Source: a virus (Duplodnaviria; Caudoviricetes). Taken from it: DNA of 55,442 nt. The stretch covers positions 1 to 55,442 of IMG/VR virus record IMGVR_UViG_3300035661_000078. One strand, 5' to 3'. Positions 54,047 through 55,442 of the stretch are shown in pieces (position 1 is the first letter of the stretch; each line of letters starts with the position of its first letter). The notes below the pieces were generated by a model. That model did no database searches. It was not told where the DNA came from and was given only the letters and a program-made list of their open reading frames with translations. A program made the translations under genes and the position numbers.

Positions 54047-55442
54047 ATGCGCCTACCTGGTTCCCTTGATCTTGCCGCCATCCGATCCGCCTTCATGGAG
54101 CTGGACCAGGCGATTGCCGCCCTCAAGACCAACAAGGGGCCATCGAAGGCCATCAGCTACCAGATCAAACAGGCGGCCGTGGAGGCCGTGGCGGACAGCG
54201 GGGGCGGAACAGGTGGGGGAGGCGGAACCACAACGATCATCAACACCGCCGCCAAGGGTCGGAAGCACGTCCTAGCCACCACGCCCAGTCTGGGGTTCTA
54301 CGCCACGGCCAACCTGGATGTGGCCTTCAGCGAGTCCTGTGACCTCATCAAAAGCACGGTGGATCATGAGTGCTGGATCCGAATCTACGGAAGCGCCGCG
54401 GCCCGTGCTGCTGATGCCCTCCGCACACCCACGCAGCCTCCTCTCCCCGGGAAGGGGCTCTTTGGTCAGGCATGGCCCTACCCGCCTGATGATCTCACCA
54501 CCTCCTGGTCGCCCGTGCCGTTCTTCGACAACCTGGATGACATCCTTGGCCCTACGGCCTACCTCGCCGTCACTAACATGGAGAATGGCTACTCTGGCCC
54601 GATCAACCTGGATTTCGAGATTCTTCCCCAGGAGCAGGTGACGCCCAGTGGGATACAGGGGCCCACTGGCCTGGACGGTCACACCATCCTGACCCTGGCT
54701 CGGGATCCGGTGTCCACCGACGGCAAGGATGGCGACATCGCGATCAACACCGTGGCCTGGACAGTCTTTGCGCCGAAGGCGGCGGGCGTGTGGCCTTCTG
54801 GCGTGTCGCTGGTGGGGCCTCAAGGCGCTCCTGGAACACCTGGAACCAATGGAACCAATGGAACCAATGGAACCAATGGAACCAATGGAACCAATGGCCT
54901 GGACGGGAAAACCATCCGCTACGGCGCTGCGGATCCCACGGCGACGGATGGCGTGGATGGGGACTTCTGGATCAACACGACGAGCCACTACCTCTTTGGC
55001 CCCAAGACGGCAGGTGTGTGGCCTGCGGGGACTTCGCTGGTGGGGCCCCAGGGCGCACCCGGCACACCTGGAACCAACGGCACCAACGGCCTGGACGGGA
55101 AAACCATCCGCTACGGCGCTGCGGATCCCACGGCGACGGATGGCGTGGATGGCGATTTCTACATCAACACCACGAGTCACTTCATTTTCGGCCCCAAAGC
55201 GGCGGGCACGTGGCCTGCGGGGACTTCGCTGGTGGGTCCTGCCGGAAGCGGGGGCGGGAAAGTCGTCAACGAAACCATGGTGGTCCTATCTACTGTCGTC
55301 AGTGGGACAGTCCAAATCCCAAACGATAATACGATTCCACAGATAACCGAGGGATTCCAGGTATTAACTACGTCCTACACGCCGAAAAGCGCAACCAATA
55401 TATTGATCGTAGAAAGTTTGATGAACGTCTATTGTGGTGTGA
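54047..55442 (+). CDS. Collagen-like tail fibre protein, 3'-truncated (not in ORF track)
   Basis: Manually translated and open to the window end: MRLPGSLDL...GPQGAPGTP(GTN)6GLDGKTIRYGAADPT..G.DGDFWINT...FGPK..G.W, repeated. Confidence 0.85.
   Translation, partial: MRLPGSLDLAAIRSAFMELDQAIAALKTNKGPSKAISYQIKQAAVEAVADSGGGTGGGGGTTTIINTAAKGRKHVLATTPSLGFYATANLDVAFSESCDLIKSTVDHECWIRIYGSAAARAADALRTPTQPPLPGKGLFGQAWPYPPDDLTTSWSPVPFFDNLDDILGPTAYLAVTNMENGYSGPINLDFEILPQEQVTPSGIQGPTGLDGHTILTLARDPVSTDGKDGDIAINTVAWTVFAPKAAGVWPSGVSLVGPQGAPGTPGTNGTNGTNGTNGTNGTNGLDGKTIRYGAADPTATDGVDGDFWINTTSHYLFGPKTAGVWPAGTSLVGPQGAPGTPGTNGTNGLDGKTIRYGAADPTATDGVDGDFYINTTSHFIFGPKAAGTWPAGTSLVGPAGSGGGKVVNETMVVLSTVVSGTVQIPNDNTIPQITEGFQVLTTSYTPKSATNILIVESLMNVYCGV
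54842..54895 (+). repeat. Perfect (GGAACCAAT)x6 in-frame tandem repeat
   Basis: Read directly; encodes Gly-Thr-Asn triplets. Confidence 0.95.

Noticed and set aside
54047-55442. Diversity-generating retroelement acting on the tail fibre
   Set aside because: No reverse transcriptase is present, and the repeat differences are not adenine-specific TR/VR changes.
1-55442. Terminal direct repeat or circular closure of the contig
   Set aside because: The first and last bases do not overlap and both ends cut ORFs, so part of the tail region is missing.
1-55442. Stop-codon reassignment
   Set aside because: Conserved genes are full length under the standard code, and TAA, TAG and TGA are all used as stops.

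Overview
The window is a nearly complete, GC-rich, temperate podovirus-like phage genome (P22/Sf6/BPP-1-type gene order). It is broken inside the tail-fibre region, and no host genes or terminal repeat are visible. The late arm (+ strand, 39.8-55.4 kb, continuing at 0-15.6 kb) encodes TerS, TerL, portal, scaffold, capsid, adaptors, nozzle, a collagen-like fibre, lysis genes, ejection proteins and a 3310-aa polyvalent-type protein. The middle holds an Rmf-like/HU/tRNA(CAT)/MazG cluster, an arm-type tyrosine integrase, parA with a partner gene and a centromere-like repeat, an initiator with internal iterons, and dnaB. A long leftward early arm carries DUF932, SSBs, two ERF paralogues, YqaJ, RadC and Zn-ribbon proteins. 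The most striking feature is at 20.7-23.7 kb, starting about 20 bp after the integrase stop codon: seven integron attC-like sites (two complete, one degenerate, four half-sites) lie among small phage early genes. These genes are read on the attC bottom strand, inverted relative to classical cassettes. Their stop codons sit in or next to the GTTAG core, and for some the RBS, ATG and N-terminus are encoded inside the attC hairpin. No IntI is encoded, so this looks like a phage-borne, antisense cassette array. All calls come from manual motif reading; no database searches were run.
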